A stretch of 64,000 bases of DNA from the NCBI GenBank assembly GCA_951406725.2, contig OX597819.1:97030001-97094000 (forward strand). Direction: 5' to 3'. Shown one piece after another: positions 1-13,167 of the stretch. Under the pieces are notes generated by a model, which saw only the letters and a program-made list of their open reading frames with translations, did not search any database and was not told where the DNA came from. The stretch's first letter is position 1, and every line of letters begins with the position of its first letter. Position numbers and translations under genes: made by a program. The stretch comes from Octopus vulgaris. Lineage: Eukaryota.

Positions 1-1069
1 TCTGTAATGTTTTTGCCCAGTTTAACATGAAACTTTATCGCATAGTGACCTTCTGAACATTCCAACTACATTCTACAAACTAGTCAGTTAGCTGTGACAA
101 GCAATGTTTAGAAGGAAGTGTTCAAAGTGTTCTTACAGCCATCTCAATCTGGAATAACGAAAGTTAGCAGGTCAGCTTATTAGACTTATAGAAATGTATC
201 GTAATTACAATAATCTAGGATAGTTATAACTGCCTCTCCTATAAAAGTCTCAACAGTCCAGGATCTAAAAGAATGCATCTTTTAGACTGGTATATAAAAC
301 TGCTATCTGCAGTTAAGGGTAATGAAATTTTGAGTGGATATATCTGATTTCCACAGTAAAAGGGTTAAGAGAAAAGGTTGTATTTTAAAATAGGAAAACT
401 TCACACTTAACGGTTTGGCATTATAAAACTAGAAATGGTTCTGAACAAGTTGGCAACCAAATGGTTGAAGTGTTAAAATGTAAATGACGGGAGTGTTGAA
501 AATATACTCTGGGCTGGGGGTTGGCAGAAGGTTATGTGTTAGCAAGGCCATACCTGTGATGATCACATAGAGGATAATATGGTAGTGGTGATGGAGGTGA
601 TGTGGTATGTAGATGGTCGCTGAAGATTGTAGTAGTGGTGATGGTACTAAGTTAATGTCAGTGATGAATGATGAAGAAAGTAAAATTGGGTGTGGTAGTG
701 ATGTAGGTTGATATGGTAAACAGGAAGTGGCAATGATGATGATGATGATGATGACAACAACAAGTCATGGTGATAGTGGAAGTTATGATTGATGATTCTA
801 CTACAGTGGATGATGATTGTGATAAACATGAAGTAGATGATGGTGGTGGTTGTGCAAATGCAGACCAACATACACACACAATCATAAAATACAAATAAGG
901 ACATATAAAGGAATAAAAACATAAAATATCATTGGTGCAAATATTTGGATAAAACAAATCCCAAAACATCTGAGTACAAGCCTCAAAAAGGTAAATATAC
1001 CATATAATCAGTAAGAAATAGAAACAAAATTGAAGGAAGAATAAAAACACATACAAATAACCCTTTCTA

Positions 1070-2200
1070 TATAGGCATAACACCTGTAATTTTTAAAGAA
1101 AGGGTCAAGGTGATTACACTGGCTCCAGTGCTTGAATGGTACTTATTTTATCAACACTGAAGGAAGAAAGGCAAATTCAACCTCAGTGGAATTTGAACTC
1201 AGAATGTAAAGATGGACAAAATGCTCAGATGCATTTTGTCTGGCTTGCTAGCCATTCTGCCAGTTCGCTGCCTTAATAATGATGATGACGATGATGGTGG
1301 TGGTGGTGATGATGATGATCCTTTCTTCTATAAGCACAAGGCCTGAAATTTTAAAGAAAGGGAGCTAGTTGATTACATCAACCCCCCAGTGTCAACTGGT
1401 ACTTATTTTAATGACCCTGAAAGGATGAAAGGCAAAGTTGACCTCAACAAAATTTGAGCTCAGAATGTAAAGATAGATGAAGTACCACTAAGCATTTTGC
1501 AGGCATGCTAACATTCTAGCCTGCTGGCTGTGGGTAGCTGACACTTTCCATCATACCCAGCAAAATAAAGCTGAGAGTTTTCATGATATTAGAATAATGA
1601 TAATAAAGGTTTCAAATTTTGGCACAAGGCCAGCAATTTCAGGGAGGAGTAAGTTGATTACATCAACCCCAGTGCTCAACTGATACTTATTTTATCAACT
1701 CCATAAGGATGAAAGGCAAAGTTGACCGTAGCAGAACTTTATCCAGCATGCTAACAATTTTGCCAGTCCACCACTTTAATAATAACATTTCTTACTACTA
1801 CAGGCACGTGGCCTGAAATTTTGGTGGATTGGGCTACATTATTCTCAGTATTCAGCTAGTGCTTATTTTATTGACCTCCAAAAGTCTTTTCTAGTCTAGG
1901 CACAAGGCCCAAAATTTTGGGGGAGGGGGCCAGTCGATTAGATCCCCCCTCCCCCCAGTATGCAACTGGTACTTAATTTATCGACCCTGAAAGGATGAAA
2001 GGCAAAGTCAACCTTGGCGGAATTTGGACTCAGTACGTAAAGACAGACGAAATACTGCTAAGCATTTTGCCCGGTGTGCTAACATTTCTGCCAGCTCGCC
2101 ATCTTATTGGCCCCCAAAAGTATGGAAGTAAAGTCAACCTTGGCAGCATTTGAACTCAGAATGTAAAGCCAGAAGAAATGTTGCAAAGTATTTTGTCCAA
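1070..2200 (-). mobile_element. Cluster of about five stacked or nested copies of SINE family A
   Basis: Repeated ggtacttattttatcgaccctgaaaggatgaaaggcaaagtcaacct...atttgaactcagaatgtaa blocks, the reverse complement of the copy at 30196. The copy at about 1886-2103 splits an older one and is flanked by a near-TSD (ttattgacctccaaaagt / ttattggcccccaaaagt). Confidence 0.9.
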
Positions 2201-3792
2201 CATTAACTATACAATAACACAGGTATGCATATAAGCCTAAATCCATATTTATGGGTATTATAAATTAATCTAAAAGTGAAATAAAGAACAAATTATAGTC
2301 TTTGCCATTTGAAACAACTAACTTTTCAAAGTTATGACTTCAAAACTGAAGAAAAACTGAAGTAAAAAGGATTTGACACGACAAATGAACATTTCTGTAT
2401 CACATGCTAGCAAAACTATTAAGCCAGTATAACTTTTACTTCCTCTACATCACTTCTCTTGATTCATCCCTGTTTTACCCTAAAGGGACCTTGGATCTAG
2501 AAAATTTTTGATCATGTATTGTTCAGATCTTCCTGTAAAATTTGGCAAAGATTCATTGAGAAATTGTGATATCTATGTTTATAAATATATTATTAATTAT
2601 ATAAGGTCTAAAGAGTATATCTTACATAATGAAAAATGTAATGTATAGCAAGGTATATCTAATGATACACATTACAAATGTTAGTTATTATGATTCTCTC
2701 TGTAGGCAGATAGAGTAGATAAGTGGTGTCTGAAGGAGGTTCTAATTAGATTTGGAAATGGTCAGACTAATTATTCTTTATCTGATTAAAAGAAAAAAAA
2801 GAAGTCATTTGTTTATATTTGTCCATATTTATTAGCTTATACACCACAAGTGATAGCTAACATATTTTGCTTATCATTAGATAAAGCTTATTTCACATTC
2901 CAAATTACAGAACATAACACTCCTAAGTGCAGCTGTAATTAAGTCATAGTTGCTAATGAAAGCACTATTATGCAAATCAAACTAACTGATTTAGTGAAAT
3001 CATAAAGATATCAATAGCTACAAGCTATATCACTTTCCATTGGTAAAAGAGATAGGTGTGTGATGTCTGATAGAAACTCCAAAAACCACTCAACCTAATT
3101 TCTTTTTCTGTTCAGTGTTAAATAAAAAAACACATTCAGTTACATTTGGCCATGTGTGCTTATCATAGTGTCGGCTAAAATTTGTATTCATCATCATCAG
3201 TTAACATCCACTTATTCCATGCTTTCATAGGTCAGACAAAATGTATTGATGCAGACTTGCTATGGTTGAAATCTCCTGTGGCCCACGCTAACCTGTTTCC
3301 AAGCAAGGTAATGTTTCCTCCCATAACTAGACATGTTTTTCATAGAATACTAGAAACAAACAGCATTATTTGCATTGTTTATCATTAAATCCATCAAACA
3401 TCGAAAGCAGACATAAAACGATGATGATGATAATAATGATTCATTAATATTTTATACATTTACAAGGAATAATATAGCTCTTAAATTAGCTTAATCATTA
3501 GAGGTAAATATACACTTTTACTTTGTAATGATGCAAAGATTTTATAGTTGTGCTTTAAACTCAGGTCATGTATGTTTAATAGCTTTATGCAGAGTATAAG
3601 CACAGAACTTGAAAAGCACGGAATAATTTTCCTGTCAAGCATCAAAATAAAAGACATTATACACTGAAATCATGCATTAAATTAGTATTTATATGAGCTG
3701 GAAATCATTTACATTTATATTTAATAATCAATATCTATAAATTTAGTCAGAGTAAATACTTCCTATCTTGCCTACCCTGATACCATATCCTT

Positions 3793-3835
<43 letters not shown>

Positions 3836-4515
3836 GTAAAGATAGGCAGACAAACATGAATAAATGATACCATTTTCCTTTCTCCGCTCTCTCTCTATTT
3901 CAATGTATTCACCCTCTACCCACCTCCATGGTACCCTCCAGCTTCTCTTTGCTTCATTGTTCTCATTGTATTCACCCACTGCTCCCCCAACATCTACCCC
4001 TTTCCTTCTCACAAAGGTCACACTGCCCTTCTTCCAAAGATTCTCCAACAAACCTCAACATCATCTCATCTATCCCTCTTTGATTGCGTATGACTTTCCA
4101 TACCTTTCTTTCCTTCAATGACTCTCTCCAGATCCTCAGACACACCTATTTCTCTCTTTCACATTTCCTTCCCTCATACTGCCTGCCCATAACTCCTTAT
4201 CCTAAGACTGGATTTCCCACTGAATAATGTACCTCATCACCATTACCACTTTGTTTTCCTCTCTCACTAACCTCTCAAACTACACCTTTCCTCCTTTCCC
4301 TTCTGTACTCCCTCCCACAAAAGTCTTTCACTGCCACCTTCTTACAACATAAACCTGTACCCTGTCGCATTGCCTCACTTAAATCAACACTCTCTCTTCA
4401 TCTCCCCAATTCTCCTCTCATTTGCTGTACTTCGCCTAAGGTCCTTTACTCTTGCAAGTTGCAAGGCCACCTCAAAAGTGGTGGTGCCACAGAAAAACAC
4501 CCAGTTACATGCTGT

Positions 4516-4530
4516 GAAGAAGAAGAAGAA

Positions 4531-4601
<71 letters not shown>

Positions 4602-4648
4602 AGAAGAGGAAAAAGAAGAAGAAGAGGAGGAGGAGGAGGAGGAGGAAG
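4516..4648. repeat. (GAA/GAG)n microsatellite
   Basis: Direct reading; this is the source of the poly-E and poly-K ORFs. Confidence 0.97.
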
Positions 4649-4809
4649 CAGAAACAGCAGTGTTAGATTGAATTACGAAAAGTTGATGAAGCAGAAATTG
4701 TAAGTCAGGAAATCAATGATTGAAGCTATATGCACTAAATAATCAGTTTTTAGAGCATTGGATGGTGGTAGTGAGCGGGGGAGCATGAAAGTATCTTATA
4801 TACTTAGTC

Positions 4810-5150
4810 AAGGAGTGAGAGTATTCCGTGATGAGAGGATGGAAGTAGGGTGACTATTGCATGGTGGGAGAGTAAGGAAGGGATGGTGAGGAGAGTGAGA
4901 ATATTGCATGATGGGAGAGAGGCAAAAAGTGAAGCAAGTGTGAGTATTGCATAATGGGAGAATGGGGGAGGGCAGTGAAGGTAGTGGGAGTATTGTATGA
5001 TGGGAGTGTGGGAGTAAGGAAATCAGTGTGAGTATTGCATGATGAGAGAAGGGGAGGGGGTAGTGAAGGTTGTGAGTGTTGCATGATGGGAGAGTGGGGC
5101 AGGGATAGCGAGAGTATAGGACAGTGAGAGAAGTGTGTGGAGGGATGGTG
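4810..5150. repeat. Degenerate purine-rich tandem repeat
   Basis: Recurring gtgagtattgcatgatgggagag core with variable G/A linkers. Confidence 0.8.
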
Positions 5151-6367
5151 AATATAAAGAAAGTGAAAACAGATTCAGTGGTTATGAGTTTTGAAATGGT
5201 TGAGTGAAGGTGAAACATGCTTTAATAGCATGAGTAAATGGTGAGATGTATTGGAAACATTGAGAATTAGTTTTAGAGAGAGAGAGAAGGTGGTGGTGGT
5301 GGTGGTGATGATAATGATGCCAATGATGATGATGAGGTTAATAAGGGGAAAAAGAAAGAGAAGTAGCAATGGAACCAGTCAGTATAAATAACATGATGTT
5401 GGTGAAATGAAGTAATGACATTGAAAATACTATTTTATGTTGGCTAATAAGGTTAGCATAATCAAATTACTCGCTGTTTTTTTTTGTTTTTGTTTTTTTT
5501 TGGCTTATTTTATTTTCTCCCCCACATCTCTTTCCCCTCATCCTTTCTGTCTCTCTGCAGTTTCTAATATCAGACTCTGGTATATATAAAGAAAATTGAT
5601 TTTTTAATGAAGATTTACTAATATTTCCAAGAGGAATTCTTATGTCAGGTTTCGGCAGCTATATCCTACTGTGTAAACCAACACCTATGTTCCAATGGGA
5701 AAGCACCGTTTCTGTTAATAATGCAGCAGTGCAGAGAAGCAAATAAAAACCACACAGACTGAGTGTATTGATTGTGGCTTTACAACAGTGTGTCATAACA
5801 TGCAGTGTTAGAATATTCTGGAGATAGTTTTTCATTTTTACTTACATGGAATTCTGAGGGGAGATAAAAGGTGGGTGATAAACAGGTTAGCATAGTAAGG
5901 ATGGTGGAGAGATAAAAGCTTGGTGATATCAATATATGTGTTATGTAGTTGTAGGAGAGTGATAACCAATTAAACTTGTGCAAGATGTCAGATAAAAGAG
6001 TATCACGTGCAAAAGAAAGTAATGAGCAGGGACAACAGCATTTGCATCTCTCTTCAAGGTTTCTGACATTAGGGAGTAAAAGGAAGTTATCCAGTGGCCA
6101 GAGGTTTACCTGGCTCAAATACTTGTGACAAAGTGGATACCGCAAAAGGCCTACAATGGCCAGGTGATGTTAAACCAGGTGTCAGATTAAACCAGAATGC
6201 TTCTTCCAATAGGCTTCTACACAGTTTCTATCTACAAATTTTACCCAGAATGCTTTGGTCAGCCTAAGGCTATGGTGGAAGATACTTTTCTCAAAGAGCA
6301 AAGCAGTAGAGTCAAACACAAAACTATTTAGTTGCAAAGTGAAATTTCTAACCATATAGCTATGCCT

Positions 6368-6775
6368 GTGTCTGATATCTGTCTGAAGACCACACATCTC
6401 TCTTTGTGTATGGGTCCAGATATGTCAGGACATCACATACCCTCTATATGTGGTGTCCAGTTATTTGTCGAGACAGCAAATATCCTTCTATATGAGATGT
6501 CCAGTTATCTGTCTGAACACCACATATCCCACTATTTGTGATGTCCAGTTCTCTGTAAGGTCATCACATAACCCTCCTATACATGATATCTGACTACCAT
6601 GTACAGGGGAGTGGCATGTGGACACTGCATACTCTCATTGTATGTGATGCTTAGTTATGGACACCACATATCCCCCTCTGTGATGTCCAGCTATTTGTCT
6701 GGACACTGCAAATCCTCACTGTATGTGATGTCCAGTTCTGTCTAGACACCACATTTCGCTCTTATATGTGGTATA
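6368..6775. repeat. Degenerate ~43-bp minisatellite, about 9 copies
   Basis: Consensus close to gatgtccagttatctgtctggacaccacatatccctctatatgt. Confidence 0.85.
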
Positions 6776-7009
6776 TATAGACACTGACTAGACATACATG
6801 AGACTTGATGATACTATCAAAACTAATACAAAAATGATAAGATAGGGTATTGATGTGCTTGGATTAAAATATCTGGTAGGTAATAAGCTGATGAAGACAT
6901 TAAATATATACCAATTTAGCTGCTAATCTAATGAGCAGACACATAAATATTATTGAAGAAGGGAATCAAATTATCATATTCAAGCAGAAAGCAATTTTGA
7001 GAGATTTCT

Positions 7010-7270
7010 TTTATCGTTTATTTGTTCCATTCATTAAACTACAGCCATGCTGGAGCACCACCTTTAAAGGGTTAGCTGGACAAATTGATCCCAGTACTTA
7101 TAAACATATATACATATGATGGGCTTCTTTAGTTTTTGTCCACCAAATCCACTCACAAAAACTTGGTTGGTCCAGGGCTATAGCAGAAAACACTCGCTCA
7201 AGGTGCCATGCAGTGGGACTAAAACCAGAAACATGTGATTGGGAAGCAAACTTCTTATTATACAGCTCTT
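7010..7270 (-). mobile_element. SINE family B, internally deleted copy
   Basis: ccaaatccactcacaaaa...aggtgccatgcagtgggact...gggaagcaaacttctt matches the 8897-9276 copy. Confidence 0.8.
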
Positions 7271-7733
7271 TCTAGCAAAGATGTGACAGCTCTTCCTAGC
7301 AAATGAAGTGACTATGTTGTAGCTTCTTCACTGATCCACATACTAACTAATGAGGTAAAACAAATTTCTTTGACAGTGAATTATATGTAGCTTTCCTCTT
7401 TTAACTTTTATTTTTCCAAACTTCCAAAGAGAATACTGTCTCAACCTAAACCTTGTATCCCTGTTTGTCCCATCCCTGCACTAAACATTTCACTTCTTCC
7501 TCACCAGAACTGTACATTTCTAGCATGTTTTGTCTGCAATGATCTCCATAGGAAAGACATGAGCCTTTCCTATGGACATTGTTGCAGAAAAGTTCAAGAA
7601 TCAATTGTTTTGTCTGTATTAATTTTTGGACCCTTATAGTAATAGACACTGTTACACCTCCTTTGTCTAAATATAAAAGGAAATTAAGAATGTATCAAGT
7701 GCTTGTTTTTTTTTTGTTTTTTTTTTAACTGAC

Positions 7734-7795
7734 CTTGTTGTATGATGACCTCACCAGCGTGTCTATGTACAGGAAACATGGCATCAAATATGTCA
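7734..7795 (-). CDS. PRKAR1: PKA type I regulatory subunit, cAMP-binding domain A exon (62 nt)
   Basis: tttttctttgcag|TGACATATTT...CAACAAG|gtcagt. The first T completes the AG+T Ser codon from the previous exon. Translates (S)[20 protein letters not shown](G), which continues the RI sequence. Confidence 0.97.
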
Positions 7796-8896
7796 CTGCA
7801 AAGAAAAAAAACATTGAAATATAAATTCTGTGGAACCACCACTGCCAACATGAGATTTGAACAAGGATAACTTATTCACAAAGCTGAAATATCAAATTTT
7901 CTAGGTAAGAGAAAAATTGTTTCCCTCCAAGGAAATTTCAAGAATGTAACCAATGAAATTATATAGAATTTCATGTATTTTTTTTGAGAAATTTTAAGAA
8001 ACCTATTGTATAGTTTTATTCTTTCCAATGAATTGAAAAGAAGAAAAGTTATCAGCTTTCTCTCTCTCTCACCAGATATCAATGCAAAAATTTTCACATC
8101 ACAGAATGATGAAACAACAGTGCTCAAGGATAGGATGAATACAATGTATTTACAATATATACCCCTGGTTTACTTTTTATATAGACAATGAGTTTATGAG
8201 GTGTAGACAAATGAGAGAAGACTAGTATTGGTTACAATTCTTTTGTAGGAAATCTAGGAAGTTCTCAGTTGTCTACATAATGAGTAACTAAATTGAATTA
8301 GTGTGTAGACTGGAGAAGTATGACATGTCCTTGCTTTTACTCGCCTAGATGTTTAGGAAGGCTAAGATGAGGGAAGGGTGAATAGAAATCAAATATGGAA
8401 GCTGGCAATCAAATAAGACAGCAATAACTGAGTTACAATTACGTTAGAGAGAGAAGACAGCATAGATACAAATGGATGATAAACTGTGTCATGGATTGTA
8501 AAGAGACAAGGCACTATAATAAGAGGTAATGTGTTTTCTGGTCAGCAGATATTGATAATAATAGCAATCGATCACCATAATCCTTTCATTTATCATCATA
8601 GTCTAACCCCCAGGGATAAGTCTATTAATGATATAGAAATTAATAAGACACAATTCCTTTTTGTCAAACCAACCTCATCTTTTATGCATATGACATTATT
8701 CAAGGCTCTTCAAATTTAATAAACCAATCGGTGAGATATTCTACAGACACTACTATTGTCAGTTACAAACTGAATAGTCCTCAAGTCAACTCTTTATTTA
8801 GATTAGTGATTCTTAACTGGGGTTCATTCATATAAGATTTTGTTGTTGAAGTTTATGAGCAATAAATTGGTTTTACTTCTACAATACACAAAATAT

Positions 8897-9276
8897 TTTA
8901 CTCTTTTACTTGTTTCAGTCATTGACTGCAGCCATGCTGGAGCACCGCCTTTAGTCGAGCAAATCAACCCCAGGACTTATTCTTTGTAAGCCTAGTACTT
9001 ATTGTATCGGTCTCTTTTGCTGAACTGCTAAGTAACGGGGACGTAAACACACCAGCATCAGTTGTCAAGCAATGTTGGGGGGGGGGGGCACAAACACACA
9101 CATATACACATATATGATGGGCTTCTTTCAGTTCCGTCTACCAAATCCACTCACTAGGCTTTGGTCGGCCCAAGGCTATAGTAGAAGACACTTGCCCAAG
9201 GTGCTACGCAGTGGGACTGAACCCGGAACCATGTGGTTGGTAAGCAAGATACTTACCACACAGCCACTCCTGTGCC
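8897..9276 (-). mobile_element. tRNA-derived CORE-type SINE (family B, resembling octopus OR SINEs), full length
   Basis: Minus strand reads gcacaggagtggctgtgtggtaag...ggttccgggttcagtccc (A/B boxes), then CORE-like gcaccttgggcaagtgtcttct, an internal microsatellite and a ...gaaacaagtaaaagagtaaa tail. Confidence 0.9.
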
Positions 9277-11039
9277 TATTTAACAATTTTTTGATATAAT
9301 ATTTAATTATAAAAATACAGTAGGATATTTTTTTAACATGGAGGTCCAGTAGAGTAAAATAGGAATCAAAGGGATCCATTGGCAAAAAATGGTTGAGAAT
9401 CACTGATTTGGATAGTCATTGTGCCTGCAGCTTTTTGATGAATAAATTTATAAGAAATTCAGAAATAGTCAATGTTAAACTTGCTTTTAAATGCTGAGAA
9501 TAGGCTGTGCTGCTCAGATGATTTGGGGGAGAAGGTCTATGTTTTCTCTAGCCCGCACACTTCTTTTTTTGTAAATATTTTCTCAATTCTGGAGCCTATA
9601 GGATTGACTAGGAATAATAAAAAGAGGCTGGATGGGCTTTACCTGCTTCATATGGGTTTGCGATTCATTTTTTCCTTGACACATCCTAAATGCAGTAGAG
9701 ATGAAAGCTACTGTGCATAAAGCAGAATGGAACAAGATTCTGAAAACTGTAATTTGCTGGTGAATTCTATTTCTGAATCAATGATATTTCAATATCATTG
9801 GGAAAGCTAAGCCCTTTATAATGAAGTTTTTGATATAGCTGGTACCTTTTCTCACAAAAATACCAGGTGATTGCTTGTGAGGGTGCTTAGCTGTTCCAGT
9901 GCCTCAATATTATGGCCAACCACAGTAACTCTGTTTTGGATGGCCTCAAAAACTTTTAGAAAGAAATACCAATATTCTTTATTATAATACGTAACTGAGA
10001 GAGTGTTTTTTTTTTTTAACTCATTTTTCTTTAGTTATTGTCCATTTACTTTTGTTATCATTAAGCTAATTTAATAAACTTATCAACTTCTGTCATATAC
10101 TAATCACCATTACAATGATTTTCTATATCGTCAATCCACAACACTAAATAAGATGATAGGGTTAGAATCAAGATGTGAAGCCCCACATGGCAAAGTCTCC
10201 CATATTAATATTAGGACACAAAGTGAGTATGGAAGTACAGAGAAGTGGCTTCAAGAACCTTCCATTTGTAACAAGTAGGTAGCAACTTAATATTGTTTTC
10301 AATATGATGAAAACAATCATACCACAGTTCCAGTAAGTTACCTGGTAGACCAACAGGGTTCCAGATCTTTAAATACACCAAATACATTGAAATAATTGCA
10401 AAAAAAGTAGCAGCTAAACTGTGAAGATTGTCTAAAGTTTGGATGGCTTAATGAAAGTAAGAAGTTCTGCTGTGTTGGTGCTATGATTTGACTGGTGGTT
10501 AAAATTGTATGTTTTAGGGTGAATTTAAAGGCAGAACAGTAGCCATAATAACTAAAACTTTTCGAACAGGTTGAGATGAATGTGGTGTAGGATCAGCTTC
10601 GACTTGTGCCATATCTATAGATACCTGTATGAGAGGTGGGGTGCTTGTGTGAAGCCACTCAAAATAGCAGCTAAATCCCCTGCAAACCACACCGCATCAT
10701 TTTAAGAAATAGACGCAACAGACAATGTAGTCCTGGGTACACTAAATGTCAAAGAAAAAAAGAAAAGAAATAAGAGGGAAAAGGGAAGGTCAGGGCTGGA
10801 CTGCTTCAGAGCTGAGTTGGGACTAAACAACATGAGCAGTGGGGTGTTCTGAGTGGCAAGGATTGAATAAATGGTTGGGAAGTAGTGAAACCTGTGATAA
10901 TATGGGGAAGAGAAATGGGTTGGGAGTGAGGGAGGTATTTTAAAAATTTTGGTTGAAAGCTGGGAAACATTTTTCACTTTTGTTCTTACTAAGAAAAAAT
11001 TAATGAGGTGAATGAACCTGACAGAATTATTAGTTCTCA

Positions 11040-11450
11040 TCATTATCATCTTTTAATGTCCACTTTCCATGGGTTTTAATGTCCACTTTGACTAAGGACT
11101 GGCAAGCCAGGATTCTGTGCCAGGTTCCAATCTGTTCTGGCAAGGTTTCTACAGTTGGATGCCTTTCCTAATGCCAACCACTCTGAGAGTCTAGTGGGTG
11201 CTTTTTATGTGCCACTAGCACGGGGCCAGTCAGGTGGCGCTGGCAACAACCACACTCGAATGGTGCTTTTTACGTGCCACTGGCATGGGTGCTAGTCAAG
11301 GACACTAGCATCGGCTATGACAACGATTTCACTTGACTCAACAAGTCTTCTTAAGCACAACAGCATATTGCCTAATGATTGGAGAGTACTTTTAAATAGG
11401 CCAGTTATGCGACACTAGCATCGGCCACAGATACGATATCACTTGGCTGT
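11040..11450 (-). mobile_element. 3' UTR fragment of the same RTE LINE
   Basis: ggatgcctttcctaatgccaaccactc and repeated tgctttttacgtgccac...ctagcatcggc...atttcacttgg units shared with 37630-38150. Confidence 0.8.
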
Positions 11451-11499
11451 AAGAAAAGATGATACAAACACACACACACTCTCTCTCTCTCTCTCTTTC

Positions 11500-11990
11500 T
11501 CTCTCTAAGTCTGATGGAACTGTTCTTACTGATGGAGAAGCAGTGAAGGCAGGTCCTGGCACTAAAATCAATACTTCCAGCAGAGCAGTAGAGCTTAACA
11601 ATCTGGGTAAGCAGTTTATCTAAAGGAGGACAAACTCTGGTTTTCAGATTTCCACTACTTTGTGGCCAAACACCCATTCATAGGAAAAGGTTTGGAAAAT
11701 AAGGAGTAAACCTTGAGGACAAATCCAAAGCTACAGTCTATAAAACAGTGTTATTGTCATCAACTTTGCTCTGGCAAATTTTGTAATGCTACTGATACCA
11801 AGCTGCATCAATCCTTGCTCTTTGCTTGGACAACATTGGTGGTATAGAGAATGTGGGGGACTTGTTGCATATTTAGTTACTATCTCTCATACAATCTTGC
11901 CTAAGCCTGCACTCTGGAAGGGATACTCCAGCATCATTTCACTGGGACAACACAGCATGGAAGTTAGGTTTAAAAAAATGTGGCTCTACC
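11500..11990 (+). mobile_element. RTE-type LINE 5' UTR-like fragment
   Basis: ggtaagcagtttatctaaaggaggacaaactctggttttcaga and gtaaaccttgaggacaaatcc resemble RTE 5' UTR motifs as I recall them. The downstream part aligns by eye with the body of the SINE at 31671-31996. Confidence 0.55.
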
Positions 11991-12056
11991 AACAAAAAGT
12001 GATGTAAGACTTTCCATGCACAGAACATCAAATTATGAACTCTTAAGAATATACAT

Positions 12057-12490
12057 GTATGATTGTACAGTTAAGAAGCTTGCTTCCAAACTGCATGGTT
12101 ATGTGTTCAATTCCATTGTGTGGCGCTTTAGGTAAATGTCTTCTATGGCCTCGGTTTGACCAAAACCATACAGTGTGGATTTGATAGACAGAAACTCAAA
12201 AGTAGCTTCTCATAAATGTAAATATGAATGTATGTATATGTGCATGCACTGCACTCACTTATGTATACTAAAGCCATGGCATTTGTGCAGTGTTGTTGTT
12301 TGCACTCCTCCTGTCAAACTATCCACTTGTTGCATACCTTCAAAATTACATGGAATATGAGATCCCTTACCTGAAAAGCAGGTAAGGATTAGCACTAAGA
12401 AGGGTGCCCAGCTGTAAAACAATGCTTCAATAGCATACTTGTCTAATCCGTGCTAGTGTGAAAAAAAACAAAAGTAAAACAAATGAATGA
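12057..12490 (+). mobile_element. SINE family B (RTE-tail variant), diverged
   Basis: gttaagaagcttgcttcc...gtggatttgatagacagaaact head and ...ccagctgtaaaac...tgctagtgtgaaaa...atgaatga tail. Confidence 0.75.
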
Positions 12491-12586
12491 TATATATCAT
12501 AATTTGATGTCCATGTTCCATTCTAGCTTGGTTTGGACAGTTTAATAGGATCTTATGGACCCTAGGACTGTGTCATGCTCCAGTGT

Positions 12587-12618
<32 letters not shown>

Positions 12619-12937
12619 CACACACAAACACACACTCAATGTGTAACCAGAAGATATGCAAATTGTGTCATATCCTACATAATGGCTATTCTAAAGATTG
12701 CAGAGAATTTGTCACAAAGAAACTGGTGGCAAACCACAATTTACTATACAAGCTGTTCAATTTTTTAAACCTTACTTCCTTTCAATGACTTAGAATATCC
12801 TATGGATATTTTAGATTATCATATTGTCATGGTACCATAGAGAGTTTCTGTTTTATTGAGTATACTCACATTACACACACATACACACAAAATTCCAAAG
12901 ACAAGATATTGGTCAATCCAAGTCTTTTAGACCTTTT

Positions 12938-13167
12938 CTTAGCCCTCTTGCATTTAAACCAGCCATAGCTGGCTCATATATTCTCCCTGTTTTATGTTCA
13001 AACTGGCCAGATCCAGCCTCTCATGTCTACCCTAGAATGTCATTTTAAAAATTAACAATCACATCATCAAAGTCTCAAAGCTATAAGATAATGCACAATT
13101 AATTCAAAACAATATGAAATAGATAAGCTTTACATTTGAAACAATAATTTGAATGCTAAGGGGTTAA
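12938..13167. mobile_element. Second TTAA-type MITE family
   Basis: ttagccctcttgcattta ... tgaatgctaaggggttaa ends. A partial inverted copy lies at about 26480-26630. Confidence 0.65.

Noticed and set aside
647-1083. Overlapping His/Thr/Ser-rich ORFs (same pattern at 27009-27755, 50693-51025, 63079-63459)
   Set aside because: Low-complexity (GAT/GGT)n and (CA)n tracts that lack stops by composition.
4370-4671. Poly-K and poly-E ORFs
   Set aside because: Translations of a (GAA)n microsatellite with TTG starts, antisense within an intron.
6368-6775. CRISPR-like look of palindromic repeats (also 36809-37072)
   Set aside because: The units are contiguous without unique spacers, no cas genes are present, and the context is a eukaryotic intron.
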